A stretch of DNA of 64,000 nucleotides from a virus (Duplodnaviria; Caudoviricetes), in the IMG/VR virus record IMGVR_UViG_3300037400_002076, positions 7,717 to 71,716 of that record. One strand, written 5' to 3'. Positions 35,810-45,320 of this stretch are shown here, piece after piece (position 1 is the stretch's first letter; each line of letters opens with the position of its first letter). Under the pieces are notes generated by a model that saw only the letters and a list, made by a program, of their open reading frames with translations, was not told where the DNA came from and did not search any database. The position numbers and the translations under genes are program-made.

Positions 35810-37930
35810 TTAACAATGCTTAACTCGCTTGCTAAACTCGTCAAGTTTACCCTTGTTTACAGGTCTTGAATTAACTTCTCCGAGGTAGCCACATATGCGG
35901 CGAATTGCATGTAACTTCTGCGGATCGCTTGTTCCACACTTCGGACATACAAACTTATCATCCTTAAATTCACTTTCACCCATGAAACCACATGTGCAGG
36001 AATCAATCGGAGAATTTATCGCAAAGTATGGCACTCGGTCATAAGCGTAATCCCATAGCTGCTCAAGAGCCTGTAAATTATGTATCATGTTTGGCGTTTC
36101 CACATAAGAGATAAAACCACCACTCGCCCACTGAGGATAAGGAGACTCAAAATCAATCTTGCTGAATGGGTCTGTCTTAACTCTCACGTCAAGGTGAAAA
36201 CTGTTGGTGTAATATTCCTTATCCGTGACGTTCTTCACTATACCAAACTCTGCTCTATCCTTTTTCTCGAAAGTGTGAGATAAGGATTCGCTAGGAGTGG
36301 AATACAAACTGTAGCCCAAACCCTCGGCCTGTTTCCATTCCTTACACCTTTCTGATAAAAACCTCACAATACACTGAGCAAACTTCGCCATTTCAGCATT
36401 ATCAATTAAAGAATCATCTGAATTAAAAACCTGATGCACAGCTTCGTTTACACCTACATAACCTAAAGACACACTCGCCCTACCATCGGCAATATACGGA
36501 TAAATATAATCATCAGGTTGTAATCTCAGCAACGCACCGTATTGCCAACAGATAGGAGCTTGCTTTGCCTGCACAGTCTTTAATCTCTTTAGGCGAACCT
36601 GTAACGCTTTGTGAGCTAATTCGCAAACACGGTCAAGCTCGTACCAATATTCAACGCAACGTTCTTTTGTGGTTTTACCCTTGAGCTTTAGAGCAATACG
36701 AGGTAAATTAACGCTTACAACGCCACAGTTCCAACGTCCGTCATATACACGTTCGCCTTTTTCATTTTCCCATTCACCGAGGAACGACCTACAGCCCATT
36801 GGCGCTTTGAATCCACCTGTTACCTCAACAACTTTATCATACGATAAAATATCAGGGTACATTCGCCTTGCACTACACTCAAGTGCAAGTTGCTTTATAT
36901 CATAGTTCGGATCTTGCGGTTCAAGATTAAGCCCACGCTTTAACGCAAATACTAACTTTGGGAAAATTGCTGTCTTACGTTCAACTCCCAAGCCCTTGAT
37001 TCGTGTTTTCAGAATCCATTTCTGAATCAGCCTTGCCCATTCGCTTTCACCCAATCCAAAACCTAATGTCACGAATGGAACTTGAGCATGACTGTTGTGA
37101 GAGCAGTTGATGGAATATTCTAGCTGTTGAAACGCATCCTCACACTCTTTTTCGGTGCGTTTCATAGCAATGTTTTTAATATCTTCGGCAGTTGCATAAT
37201 CGTAATCTTCTTCGACTTCCTTACAATACTTTTCGTAAGTCTTTTCAACGTATGGTGCTAAAACCTCGTCAATACGATTTACAGTTGTACCACCATAATT
37301 CTGTGAAGATACTGCCGTGATGATTTGTGAGACAACGTTTGTTGCTACTCTGATTGACTTCGGTGTAGTGATATGAGCGGTACCCATTACAAACCCGTTT
37401 TCGAGCATATCCTTGATGTTTACAAGACAACAGTTAATGTAACCACCAGCAGGAGAAAAGCCTAAATCGTGCATGTAGATGTCACCACGAACATGAGCAT
37501 CTGCAATTTCTTTCGGCAGATAATGCGTTAACGCCCACTGTTTGCAGATTTCACTGGCAATAAAATCACGCTTTGCACAGTTTGTCTCACCGTCAATATT
37601 GGCGTTTTCATTCAGAATAGAACTATCTTGTTTTTGGTAAATGTCAGATAAGATGGCATTAACATCTCTGACATTGGCTCTATGTTCTCTGTAATGAGCG
37701 TAATTACGTAATGTGTTAGTACAGTTAGCATGACCGAGTGCAATCTCAACCATATCCTGAATACGTTCAACACTTAAATCGCCTATGCGATACTCACATT
37801 GGCACATAGCAACTACATCGTTGATTGCATCACGTACTGGTTCATCAGCGACAGATGCTTTTAGAACAGCCTGTTCTATTTTAACAGGATCAAAGTCAAC
37901 CTTTGAGCCGTCTCTTTTAATCACTTTCAT
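35810..37930 (-). CDS. nrdD: Anaerobic ribonucleoside-triphosphate reductase (class III) with ATP cone
   Basis: VIKRDGSKVDFDPVKI ATP cone; IFPKLVF; PMGCRSFL; C-terminal CPKCG and RRICGYLG glycyl-radical loop. Confidence 0.97.
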   Translation of the reverse strand: MKVIKRDGSKVDFDPVKIEQAVLKASVADEPVRDAINDVVAMCQCEYRIGDLSVERIQDMVEIALGHANCTNTLRNYAHYREHRANVRDVNAILSDIYQKQDSSILNENANIDGETNCAKRDFIASEICKQWALTHYLPKEIADAHVRGDIYMHDLGFSPAGGYINCCLVNIKDMLENGFVMGTAHITTPKSIRVATNVVSQIITAVSSQNYGGTTVNRIDEVLAPYVEKTYEKYCKEVEEDYDYATAEDIKNIAMKRTEKECEDAFQQLEYSINCSHNSHAQVPFVTLGFGLGESEWARLIQKWILKTRIKGLGVERKTAIFPKLVFALKRGLNLEPQDPNYDIKQLALECSARRMYPDILSYDKVVEVTGGFKAPMGCRSFLGEWENEKGERVYDGRWNCGVVSVNLPRIALKLKGKTTKERCVEYWYELDRVCELAHKALQVRLKRLKTVQAKQAPICWQYGALLRLQPDDYIYPYIADGRASVSLGYVGVNEAVHQVFNSDDSLIDNAEMAKFAQCIVRFLSERCKEWKQAEGLGYSLYSTPSESLSHTFEKKDRAEFGIVKNVTDKEYYTNSFHLDVRVKTDPFSKIDFESPYPQWASGGFISYVETPNMIHNLQALEQLWDYAYDRVPYFAINSPIDSCTCGFMGESEFKDDKFVCPKCGTSDPQKLHAIRRICGYLGEVNSRPVNKGKLDEFSKRVKHC

Positions 37931-39633
37931 TTCTTATCCTTATATGTAAATACATAATTACCACAATCATACACAACTAAAAACTTGTTGTTAAGCATGT
38001 TTTCACGTTCAGTCAAATTTTTGTCATAACCGTCACCTAATAGTTCAGGTAATTTGTGCTTTTGAGTTTGATAACGTGAATAAACTTCCCCATGCTTACA
38101 ATAAAAATAATTAGGCTTTGTTGTATCATTCAATTCAAAGCCTAATGCTTTATAAATATTACCCATGCTAAAACGTCTATTGGCATAACTTATTATACTA
38201 GCCCCTCGATGTTTTGTAACAAAATATTTAAAAAGTTTACTAGCACCACCTATGACAGATGTAAACTTTTTAGTACACAGTCTAATCAGTTCATAGTCAT
38301 AGTTCTTGTTAAATCTAGGTTTAGCAAAAGTCATAACCTGTATTAACTCATTGTTAAAAAACAAGCCATAATTTATAGAACTTTTTGCTTCTCCTTGAAC
38401 ATGATTCTCGTTTAAAAATTCTTTAATATCAGAATATTCCAGTTCTCTTAATTCGGTTTTTCTAGCAAAAATTCTTTGGCTTAAACCTAGTTTATTAACT
38501 ATTATACTTTTCCATATTTCAATGTTCTCATTTTCAAATATGTGTAACAACTGATAACCTTGTTCTTCACATTTGTTTGTTTTGTCTAAATGATAATTAT
38601 TTCCTTTTCCTTGTTGTTCACTATGCCAAAACAATCCGTTATACTCAATGCCTAATTTTATAGACGGAATGAGTAAGTCTATTTCTTTTGGTTTTACCAA
38701 CACTCTATCATGCTCAACCACATCGGTATATTGTTTGATAAAATCTCTTAATTCACTTTCAACCACGGTTGCGTGATTTATATTGTTTGGTTCTGTAATA
38801 CCCATAACATGCTTGTGATGTATTGCACCTGTATAGGACTTGTTAAAATATTCCATGTATTCAGTAATGTAATACACACCGTCTCTAATAAAATGTTTTC
38901 TTACAAAATCCTCGTTATAATCTTCAAAATGAGTGATGTGTTCTTGCATGTGATATATGTAATTATTGCCCTTTTTGTCTTTCCATTCTTGAGATTGACA
39001 GTAATAATCAGTTCCAAACTTTTCTCTGCAAGTTTGTCTAGCTTTTTCAAAAACCTGTCTATTACCAAAAGGACACTCGCACCCATATTTATCTAAACAT
39101 GCTTGTTTTGCTTTTTCTTTTACTTCTGGTAAGCAAAACACGTTCTTCACACCGTATCGGTCTTTTGTGGTTTTTTTAATTTTCTCAACATGTTCTTTAG
39201 TGGGTGTATATTTATGCCCATGAATTTGAAAATAAGTAAGAACAATTTTATGTGGCTTGTTTTTTTTGGTTTCTGCTGTTTTAATCGTACGTTTTTTAAT
39301 ACTGGTTATATTTCTGCATGAACATTCTTTGCAACAATTTTTACTGATATGGGGAGTTAGTTCTCCACACACAGGACATGGATGCAAATTGTCAGTAAAA
39401 TAATCAACCAAAAAAGCATTTCTGAAATCTTTTTGCATACTTAAAAAACGAGATTCCATCGTCCATACAACACCATATTCTTTTTCTAATATGTTTAAGA
39501 TATACGCTTTTTTAACTGTATGTTTTAATATTTCTCTGATTGCAGAATAATCATCTACACCTTGATTTCGCAATTCAACAAACATGTTTAATATTTTCGC
39601 AACATGTTTTTCGCTCGAACTTGGCATTGTCAT
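37927..39633 (-). CDS. Hef-like free-standing endonuclease, paralog 2
   Basis: CPVCGE..CCKEC; TTKDRYG/ACLDKYG/TCREKFG repeats; EIDLLIPSIKLGIEYNGLFWHS; same C-terminal domain as 7079..8902; stop overlaps the nrdD start. Confidence 0.7.
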   Translation of the reverse strand: MTMPSSSEKHVAKILNMFVELRNQGVDDYSAIREILKHTVKKAYILNILEKEYGVVWTMESRFLSMQKDFRNAFLVDYFTDNLHPCPVCGELTPHISKNCCKECSCRNITSIKKRTIKTAETKKNKPHKIVLTYFQIHGHKYTPTKEHVEKIKKTTKDRYGVKNVFCLPEVKEKAKQACLDKYGCECPFGNRQVFEKARQTCREKFGTDYYCQSQEWKDKKGNNYIYHMQEHITHFEDYNEDFVRKHFIRDGVYYITEYMEYFNKSYTGAIHHKHVMGITEPNNINHATVVESELRDFIKQYTDVVEHDRVLVKPKEIDLLIPSIKLGIEYNGLFWHSEQQGKGNNYHLDKTNKCEEQGYQLLHIFENENIEIWKSIIVNKLGLSQRIFARKTELRELEYSDIKEFLNENHVQGEAKSSINYGLFFNNELIQVMTFAKPRFNKNYDYELIRLCTKKFTSVIGGASKLFKYFVTKHRGASIISYANRRFSMGNIYKALGFELNDTTKPNYFYCKHGEVYSRYQTQKHKLPELLGDGYDKNLTERENMLNNKFLVVYDCGNYVFTYKDKK

Positions 39634-39643
39634 TCTCCTTTAG

Positions 39644-39670
39644 AAAAATAAAGGTTGCGACTGCAACCTT
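39644..39670 (-). terminator. Intrinsic terminator
   Basis: AAGGTTGC-agtc-GCAACCTT-TATTTTT. Confidence 0.7.
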
Positions 39671-39709
39671 AAAAATATCGTGTTGGTAACTACTTATCTT
39701 ACCACAGTT

Positions 39710-39973
39710 TTACTCTTTATCAACGACAAAAACCGTTAAGACCATTTCAACATTGACGCTATTCACATCTTCATCGCAACAGTTGTTCTGTATAAGAGGT
39801 TTAACCTCTAACATATTACACCATGTCCTGATTGTTTTGTTTTTTAAACCGCCAGGAATATCTGATACCATTCCTGTAAACACAAGTTCGTCATAAAGAT
39901 AGATTTCTACCTTTCTTCGACTTGCCATAGCTATGTCAAACTCTTTAAACAACTTTTTTACTTTCATTTTCAC
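39710..39973 (-). CDS. Hypothetical protein
   Basis: 87 aa. Confidence 0.7.
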   Translation of the reverse strand: MKMKVKKLFKEFDIAMASRRKVEIYLYDELVFTGMVSDIPGGLKNKTIRTWCNMLEVKPLIQNNCCDEDVNSVNVEMVLTVFVVDKE

Positions 39974-40116
39974 TCCTCATAGAAAAGTGTTATATACAGA
40001 TATTGTTTTGATGCATCTGCAACACGAGGGTCTAAACATATCCTGTCAAGTTCTTTGCATAACATGGCGTAATACACATGCTTGTTCGGTAAATCACACG
40101 GTCTAATAATAAACAT
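39970..40116 (-). CDS. 48-aa hypothetical protein (not in ORF track)
   Basis: MFIIRPCDLPNKHVYYAMLCKELDRICLDPRVADASKQYLYITLFYEE*; fills the gap and is coupled at both ends. Confidence 0.5.
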   Translation of the reverse strand: MFIIRPCDLPNKHVYYAMLCKELDRICLDPRVADASKQYLYITLFYEE

Positions 40117-40119
40117 GAT

Positions 40120-40404
40120 TTACTCCTTGTAAACAGTTATAAATCTATCACTAACAATCGCAACGTAAAACCCAAGACCCACTAAATCTCGTAAATGCCT
40201 ATCGACCTTTTCAGCCAAAACAGACTTAACGTGTTGCTGTTCAAATTCTGATTTAAGCATACCAGTAAGCAGACCTAGACTGCCACCACCCATTTCAGAC
40301 AGCTTTTCAAAAGGTTTAAACTCCGCTTCGTTTATGAATAGCACTTCATCACTTGCCATTGGCACTATGTCCATTACACAAACAATTTCAGAAAACTCAC
40401 TCAT
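40120..40404 (-). CDS. Hypothetical protein
   Basis: AAGGGA RBS favours ATG 40404. Confidence 0.65.
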   Translation of the reverse strand: MSEFSEIVCVMDIVPMASDEVLFINEAEFKPFEKLSEMGGGSLGLLTGMLKSEFEQQHVKSVLAEKVDRHLRDLVGLGFYVAIVSDRFITVYKE

Positions 40405-40504
40405 TTTTAATCCCTTGTAAGTCTTTACCTTACATACCACTCTGTATTAAAACCTCTTTCAGCAATTTCAATATTTGGCTTCATACCACTTACGGACGAG
40501 TCAG

Positions 40505-40660
40505 CTACAAATTCTGTTTCATCCGTAACTGTTTCTTTTGTATCTCGTAAAAAACTTGTGGATCACTCGGTATCTCACACAATCGCTTTCCATTTATTGC
40601 ATTTATAAGGTTTTTCTCGTTCTCTATTCCATCATTAGTGCCTAGAACTTTCTCACTCAT
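40505..40660 (-). pseudogene. 51-aa ORF coupled to the methyltransferase stop; possible truncated restriction endonuclease
   Basis: ATG overlaps the MTase stop (ATGAGTGA); MSEKVLGTNDGIENEKNLINAINGKRLCEIP...; identity is inference. Confidence 0.35.
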
Positions 40661-41630
40661 CTAAAACCTCAACCATCCTTTTTGCCAATTCACTAATAAC
40701 TGACACAACAACACTGTTGCCTATCTGTTTATATGAATGCATAGAATTTTTCTCGATAACATACCATTCAGGAAATCCCATCAATCGTAAGCATTCTTTT
40801 TCAGTAAGTTTTCTCATTTGCTCAACAACAACAGGAACATTATTCCCTCCTGTACCCATCTTTGCTGTTAAACATTGTGAAATACCATCACACCTAAAAT
40901 TGCATCTTGATGGTCTTATTTCATTTGCTAATAAAGTATTAGTCGTATCATATCTCTTTGTATTTTTGAAATCCCCAAAGAATGCCAATATGTTCTGCTT
41001 ACAAGTATCTGTAACAGCATATTCGCTAGATACATTCGTATCTATTATGTCTTTAACCTTGACAAATAATTCTTTCGGCTGTGGAAATGCATAAATTTTT
41101 TTATATTTGCCATCTTGACCATCAAAGCCAATTTTCAAATTATTTCTAAAACCAACACAGTACCACCTTTTTCTGTTTTGTGGCACACCATAATCAGATG
41201 CATTCATTACTTTCCATTGGAAATTATAACCTAGCCCTTTCAAAGTATCTTCAATAACACTAATAGTCTTGCCACCATCATGATTTACAATTCCCTCAAC
41301 ATTTTCTAAAAAGAAGGCTTTTGGTTTTCTTGCCTTTATAAGCCTTGCTACTTCAAAAAATAGAGTTCCCCTTGTATCCTCAAATCCCTTACGCAATCCA
41401 CCTAATGAGAACGGCTGGCAAGGAAATCCAGCGGCTATAATATCGAACTCAGGCAAGTCTTTTGGTTTAATCAAAGTAATATCACCCAACGGCATTTCAT
41501 TAAAGTTTTTAAAATATGTATCACACGCATATTTATCAATTTCTGAACTCATCACGCACTTAACCCCATTGCTCTCAAAGGCTATTCTTATTCCACCTAT
41601 GCCAGCAAATAGGTCAATCATTTTAAGCAT
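40653..41630 (-). CDS. DNA (cytosine-5) methyltransferase (second of a tandem pair)
   Basis: IDLFAGIGG, GFPCQPFS, ENV, QNRKRWY, TRD CLTAKMGTGGNNVP, GNSVVV; GGAG RBS before ATG 41630. Confidence 0.95.
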   Translation of the reverse strand: MLKMIDLFAGIGGIRIAFESNGVKCVMSSEIDKYACDTYFKNFNEMPLGDITLIKPKDLPEFDIIAAGFPCQPFSLGGLRKGFEDTRGTLFFEVARLIKARKPKAFFLENVEGIVNHDGGKTISVIEDTLKGLGYNFQWKVMNASDYGVPQNRKRWYCVGFRNNLKIGFDGQDGKYKKIYAFPQPKELFVKVKDIIDTNVSSEYAVTDTCKQNILAFFGDFKNTKRYDTTNTLLANEIRPSRCNFRCDGISQCLTAKMGTGGNNVPVVVEQMRKLTEKECLRLMGFPEWYVIEKNSMHSYKQIGNSVVVSVISELAKRMVEVLDE

Positions 41631-41643
41631 AATAGTCACTCCA

Positions 41644-42735
41644 TCATTTTTCACAACTAATATATTGGCTCTCCAGATAATTCAAAATACCTGTGATAAC
41701 AGGTGGACTAACAGCATTCCCAGATTGTTTATACATTTGTGCCATACTCATTCCAATATTTCTAATTTTCTCAACGAATTTAGGATCAAATCCTTGAATA
41801 TAAAAATTTTCAATAGCTGTCACTTTTCTAATCTTTTTAGTACCACCATCATCAACCAATATCTTTGTTGTATCTGCTCTTGCTAATACAGTTGGCGAGA
41901 TACCTTTGGTAGAATAAACCCTTCTTTGCCTTTCAAGATCGTTGTGAACATCTCGTGGCAAATCAAATAATTTTATTATTCTACTTTCCTTTTTAGCACT
42001 ATCCAAAATATCTAATGCACTTAAATAATTTCTGATTTTATCAGTATCAAAATAGAATGAAGCATCTACATTAGTTTCAAGAATATCCTCTATGTACTTC
42101 TTTTTATTCTTGAATACAACATGATTAAAAAAGTTAAACCCCTTAAAATCGGTATCATTAAACTTTTTCTTTAATGCATTAACTTTTGTACTTCTAATAT
42201 CATCCTCATATTTTTCTGCTAACAATCCATATATGCCCAAAATATAGGTTCTGTCTCTATTCTGTGGTACTCCAGCTTCACATGAATTTATTACAGTAAA
42301 ATCAACTGTATAGCCTATATCATTCAATGTTTTTAAGATTTTTCTTATAGTCTCGGTTTTGTCATGACTTATAAGATTTTTAACATTTTCAAGCAATATA
42401 TATCTTGGTTTCTTTTCATTAAGAATTCTTGCAACATCAAAAAACAATGTACCTCTAGTATCTTCAAATCCCTTTTGTTTTCCAGCAATACTAAACGATT
42501 GACAAGGAAACCCCGCCAATAATAAATCATGTGTTGGAACATCCTTTTCATTTACCTTTGTAATGTCGCCCTCAAAATTTTCACCACCCCAATTTGCAAT
42601 ATATGATTTTCTTGCATTTTCATCAATTTCAGATGCAAACACAACTTTACCTTTTATCTTTGATTTTTTAAGACCAACTTCAAAGCCACCAATTCCAGAA
42701 AATAAGGAGACAACTTTTATGTTATCTTTACTCAT
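41644..42735 (-). CDS. DNA (cytosine-5) methyltransferase (first of a tandem pair)
   Basis: VSLFSGIGG, GFPCQSFS, ENVKNL, QNRDRTY, GISPTVLAR, GNAVSPP. Confidence 0.95.
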   Translation of the reverse strand: MSKDNIKVVSLFSGIGGFEVGLKKSKIKGKVVFASEIDENARKSYIANWGGENFEGDITKVNEKDVPTHDLLLAGFPCQSFSIAGKQKGFEDTRGTLFFDVARILNEKKPRYILLENVKNLISHDKTETIRKILKTLNDIGYTVDFTVINSCEAGVPQNRDRTYILGIYGLLAEKYEDDIRSTKVNALKKKFNDTDFKGFNFFNHVVFKNKKKYIEDILETNVDASFYFDTDKIRNYLSALDILDSAKKESRIIKLFDLPRDVHNDLERQRRVYSTKGISPTVLARADTTKILVDDGGTKKIRKVTAIENFYIQGFDPKFVEKIRNIGMSMAQMYKQSGNAVSPPVITGILNYLESQYISCEK

Positions 42736-42842
42736 ACGGCTAATTCACTCCTTTATAGTTGAATACTTATTCATAAATCCAATAATGTAAATGTGTGTGC
42801 TGTCTGTAAAAATTACAAACAGCTTGTTTAAATTTGTTAAAC

Positions 42843-43166
42843 TCAACCACTCTTTTTCTCCGATAAAATCTTGGCAAATTCATCGTCAAGTTTGTTTATC
42901 AGTGTTTTATAAAGTTCAAGATCGGTTTCTTCTTCGCCATACGGATTATAAACACTATCTATCATCGTATTGAACCCCACTTGCTCTTTTCCGTTTGGTG
43001 CTGTAAAACATACAGTTACCACCTTTACAAAATGATTATGAGGTAATCCACTTGAGCAAATCTTATGCTTAAATTCAGGATATTGTCTCGCAAACATTCC
43101 TACTTTTGCCACAAATTCTTCTACTCTACTTAATTCACTGTCAGAATCATTCCCAATCATCGTCAT
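42843..43166 (-). CDS. Hypothetical protein
   Basis: 107 aa, coupled operon gene. Confidence 0.7.
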   Translation of the reverse strand: MTMIGNDSDSELSRVEEFVAKVGMFARQYPEFKHKICSSGLPHNHFVKVVTVCFTAPNGKEQVGFNTMIDSVYNPYGEEETDLELYKTLINKLDDEFAKILSEKKSG

Positions 43167-43539
43167 CCTCTACACAATAATTTCCTTTACCCCACAAGAA
43201 TTCAGAAACCATTTTCTTGTTGTACTTCTTTGGAAAAGTTCTAGGTAAGGTGATGTATTCCCATCCCTCAGAACCATCATATTCCCAGCGGTGCATCACT
43301 GTGTTGTCCTTAAACAAGATTGTCGTACTCGTATTAACCTCGCTAGAGCCGTAGCCATTGTTATACACATGGTTAGCAACAGAAGCAAAAGTGTTAAAAT
43401 CAACAAGAATTTCATCAGGATAACTGTCGTTAAGTTCATGCCAAAACCCAGTGTGTTTAGTCATTTTGACATACAACACATCATCAGGGGTTTTACCTAA
43501 TTCTTTCATGTAATCAATCGTTTCAGTCAATAAATTCAT
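43147..43539 (-). CDS. Hypothetical phage protein
   Basis: YNNGYG..EVN....I.F.D...M.R.EYDGSEGWEY pattern common in phage hypothetical proteins. Confidence 0.75.
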   Translation of the reverse strand: MNLLTETIDYMKELGKTPDDVLYVKMTKHTGFWHELNDSYPDEILVDFNTFASVANHVYNNGYGSSEVNTSTTILFKDNTVMHRWEYDGSEGWEYITLPRTFPKKYNKKMVSEFLWGKGNYCVEDDDDWE

Positions 43540-43789
43540 ATTTCACTCCTAATATTTCTTCTAACTCAGTTTTCAGCAGGCTTGCCAGCTTGTATGCGGT
43601 CATTTCCTGCGTTGGTTCTAGCACCACAGTGTATGTCATTGTTGTGCTAATTTCATCCTTATAGAAATTAACAGATACCGACCAGTGTGTATCACTGTAA
43701 CATTCTTCATATGTTGTGATCCATACATCGTAATCTAAATGTTTATAGTGATATTCAAGCACTTGGTCTTTAAAGTCGGTAAAGCTCAT
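43523..43789 (-). CDS. Hypothetical protein
   Basis: 88 aa, AGGAG RBS. Confidence 0.7.
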   Translation of the reverse strand: MSFTDFKDQVLEYHYKHLDYDVWITTYEECYSDTHWSVSVNFYKDEISTTMTYTVVLEPTQEMTAYKLASLLKTELEEILGVKYEFID

Positions 43790-43797
43790 GTTGTCTC

Positions 43798-44739
43798 CTA
43801 GACCGCCATAGGATATTTTAATGGTGCATCATGCTCATAATTCAGTAGCTTAAAGTCGCTGGTCTTTACAGACTTTAAAAACGAATCAATGTCACTGTAA
43901 TCAGCGTTCGCTGGCAACTCTAATTGTGGTAATTTGTGAGGTGTGCGAGTTAATTGCTCTTTCACCTGCTCGATGTGATTTTTATAAATATGAGTGTTAC
44001 CTAAACTTCCTATCAATTCGTGAGGAATTTTACCTGTCATTCTTGCTACAATGTGCAACAGCAGAGCATAACTAGCAATATTGAACGGAAGCCCTGTTCC
44101 GCAGTCCACTGATCTTTGACTCCACATCAGACTTAATTTATCCCCATCCACATCAAACTGAAATGAGTAATGGCAGGGTGCTAAAGCCATAGTTGGCAAG
44201 TCAACAGGATTCCACGCTGAAACAACGAGTCTGCGTGAGTTCGGATTGTTTTTAATTTCGTTGATAATATTCTTTATTTGGTTTACTTCAACAGTCTGAT
44301 AATAAACATTATACCCATGTATAGAACCATCTTGTTTATACATCGGATCTTTAATTTCTTTAACACCTCTAAAGTTACACCATTGACTTCCATAAATTCT
44401 CCCAAGTTCACCATCAGTATAGCCTAACGCCTTTCCCTGATTTTCATAGTTAGCAGTCCAAATTGTCTTACGTTCTTTTTCGGTTAATTCTGCGTAGGGC
44501 TTGTTGTCATTCTTAATCTCAGCAAGTCTATGTTCATTTGTAGAACCCTCTAAAAACCAGAGTAACTCGCTACACATAGCACGAAAAGCGAGAGCCTTTG
44601 TAGTTACCGCAGGAAAACCGTCTTGCATATTAAAACGAATTTGTCTGCCGAATGTCGCAATAGTGCCTACTCCTGTTCTATCATCACGAACTGTACCATT
44701 GTCTAAAACATCTTGTAATAAATCTAAATATTGTTTCAT
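43798..44739 (-). CDS. thyA: Thymidylate synthase
   Basis: DRTGVGT, ELLWFLEG, MALAPCH, QRSVD, PFNIASY, HIYKNH. Confidence 0.97.
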   Translation of the reverse strand: MKQYLDLLQDVLDNGTVRDDRTGVGTIATFGRQIRFNMQDGFPAVTTKALAFRAMCSELLWFLEGSTNEHRLAEIKNDNKPYAELTEKERKTIWTANYENQGKALGYTDGELGRIYGSQWCNFRGVKEIKDPMYKQDGSIHGYNVYYQTVEVNQIKNIINEIKNNPNSRRLVVSAWNPVDLPTMALAPCHYSFQFDVDGDKLSLMWSQRSVDCGTGLPFNIASYALLLHIVARMTGKIPHELIGSLGNTHIYKNHIEQVKEQLTRTPHKLPQLELPANADYSDIDSFLKSVKTSDFKLLNYEHDAPLKYPMAV

Positions 44740-45051
44740 TTAATCTTCCTTTTTTGGATTGTACCATTCAATTACTGTGTTCTTTTTATCAGATAAATCT
44801 CGCCTCACTCTGATAAAAGGTGAGTCATAACTTCCAAAACCACCACCTCTATAATACTCATGTTCAATATCCATTCTATGCTCAAGCATTAAATCGTTAA
44901 ACTTTTGCAGAATTGATGGGGTTAGTTTTTTCTTGTCTGTCGCCAGATCCCGTAACAACGTGTTTAATAATTCAGTGTAAACATTTACACCACACCTAAA
45001 ACCATCGTTCCAAAACGGATGAGGCATTTTTAATCGGCTGACATTATCCAT
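44740..45051 (-). CDS. Hypothetical protein
   Basis: 103 aa, coupled. Confidence 0.7.
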   Translation of the reverse strand: MDNVSRLKMPHPFWNDGFRCGVNVYTELLNTLLRDLATDKKKLTPSILQKFNDLMLEHRMDIEHEYYRGGGFGSYDSPFIRVRRDLSDKKNTVIEWYNPKKED

Positions 45052-45308
45052 TATTCAGATACCCCTACCAACTTCGTGATTACCCACCATTCGCTTACTG
45101 CAAAACAAATTAAAAATAAGGTCATTCTGAAAAATATGAATTTACTCATGATCTTGATAAACAATTCACCTGCGTTCTCTTCCTTTGAATCAGTCAGGTC
45201 TTTTACAACAGCCTGTGAAAAAGCTAAAAACCTTATCGGCATGGTCATAAACAAGTGTAACGCATACAACGCTACAAGTAACATGATTATTCCTACAAAT
45301 ATGTTCAT
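45051..45308 (-). CDS. Small two-TM membrane protein
   Basis: Two hydrophobic segments. Confidence 0.65.
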   Translation of the reverse strand: MNIFVGIIMLLVALYALHLFMTMPIRFLAFSQAVVKDLTDSKEENAGELFIKIMSKFIFFRMTLFLICFAVSEWWVITKLVGVSE

Positions 45309-45320
45309 CGGCCCTACCCC

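Noticed and set aside
35810-37930. Intron or intein in nrdD, polymerase or thyA
   Set aside because: Lengths and motif spacing are normal, with no splice-junction motifs or interruptions.
43798-44739. Hydroxymethylase or base-hypermodifying thymidylate synthase homolog
   Set aside because: It retains the dUMP-specific Asn (PFNIASY) and all canonical ThyA motifs.
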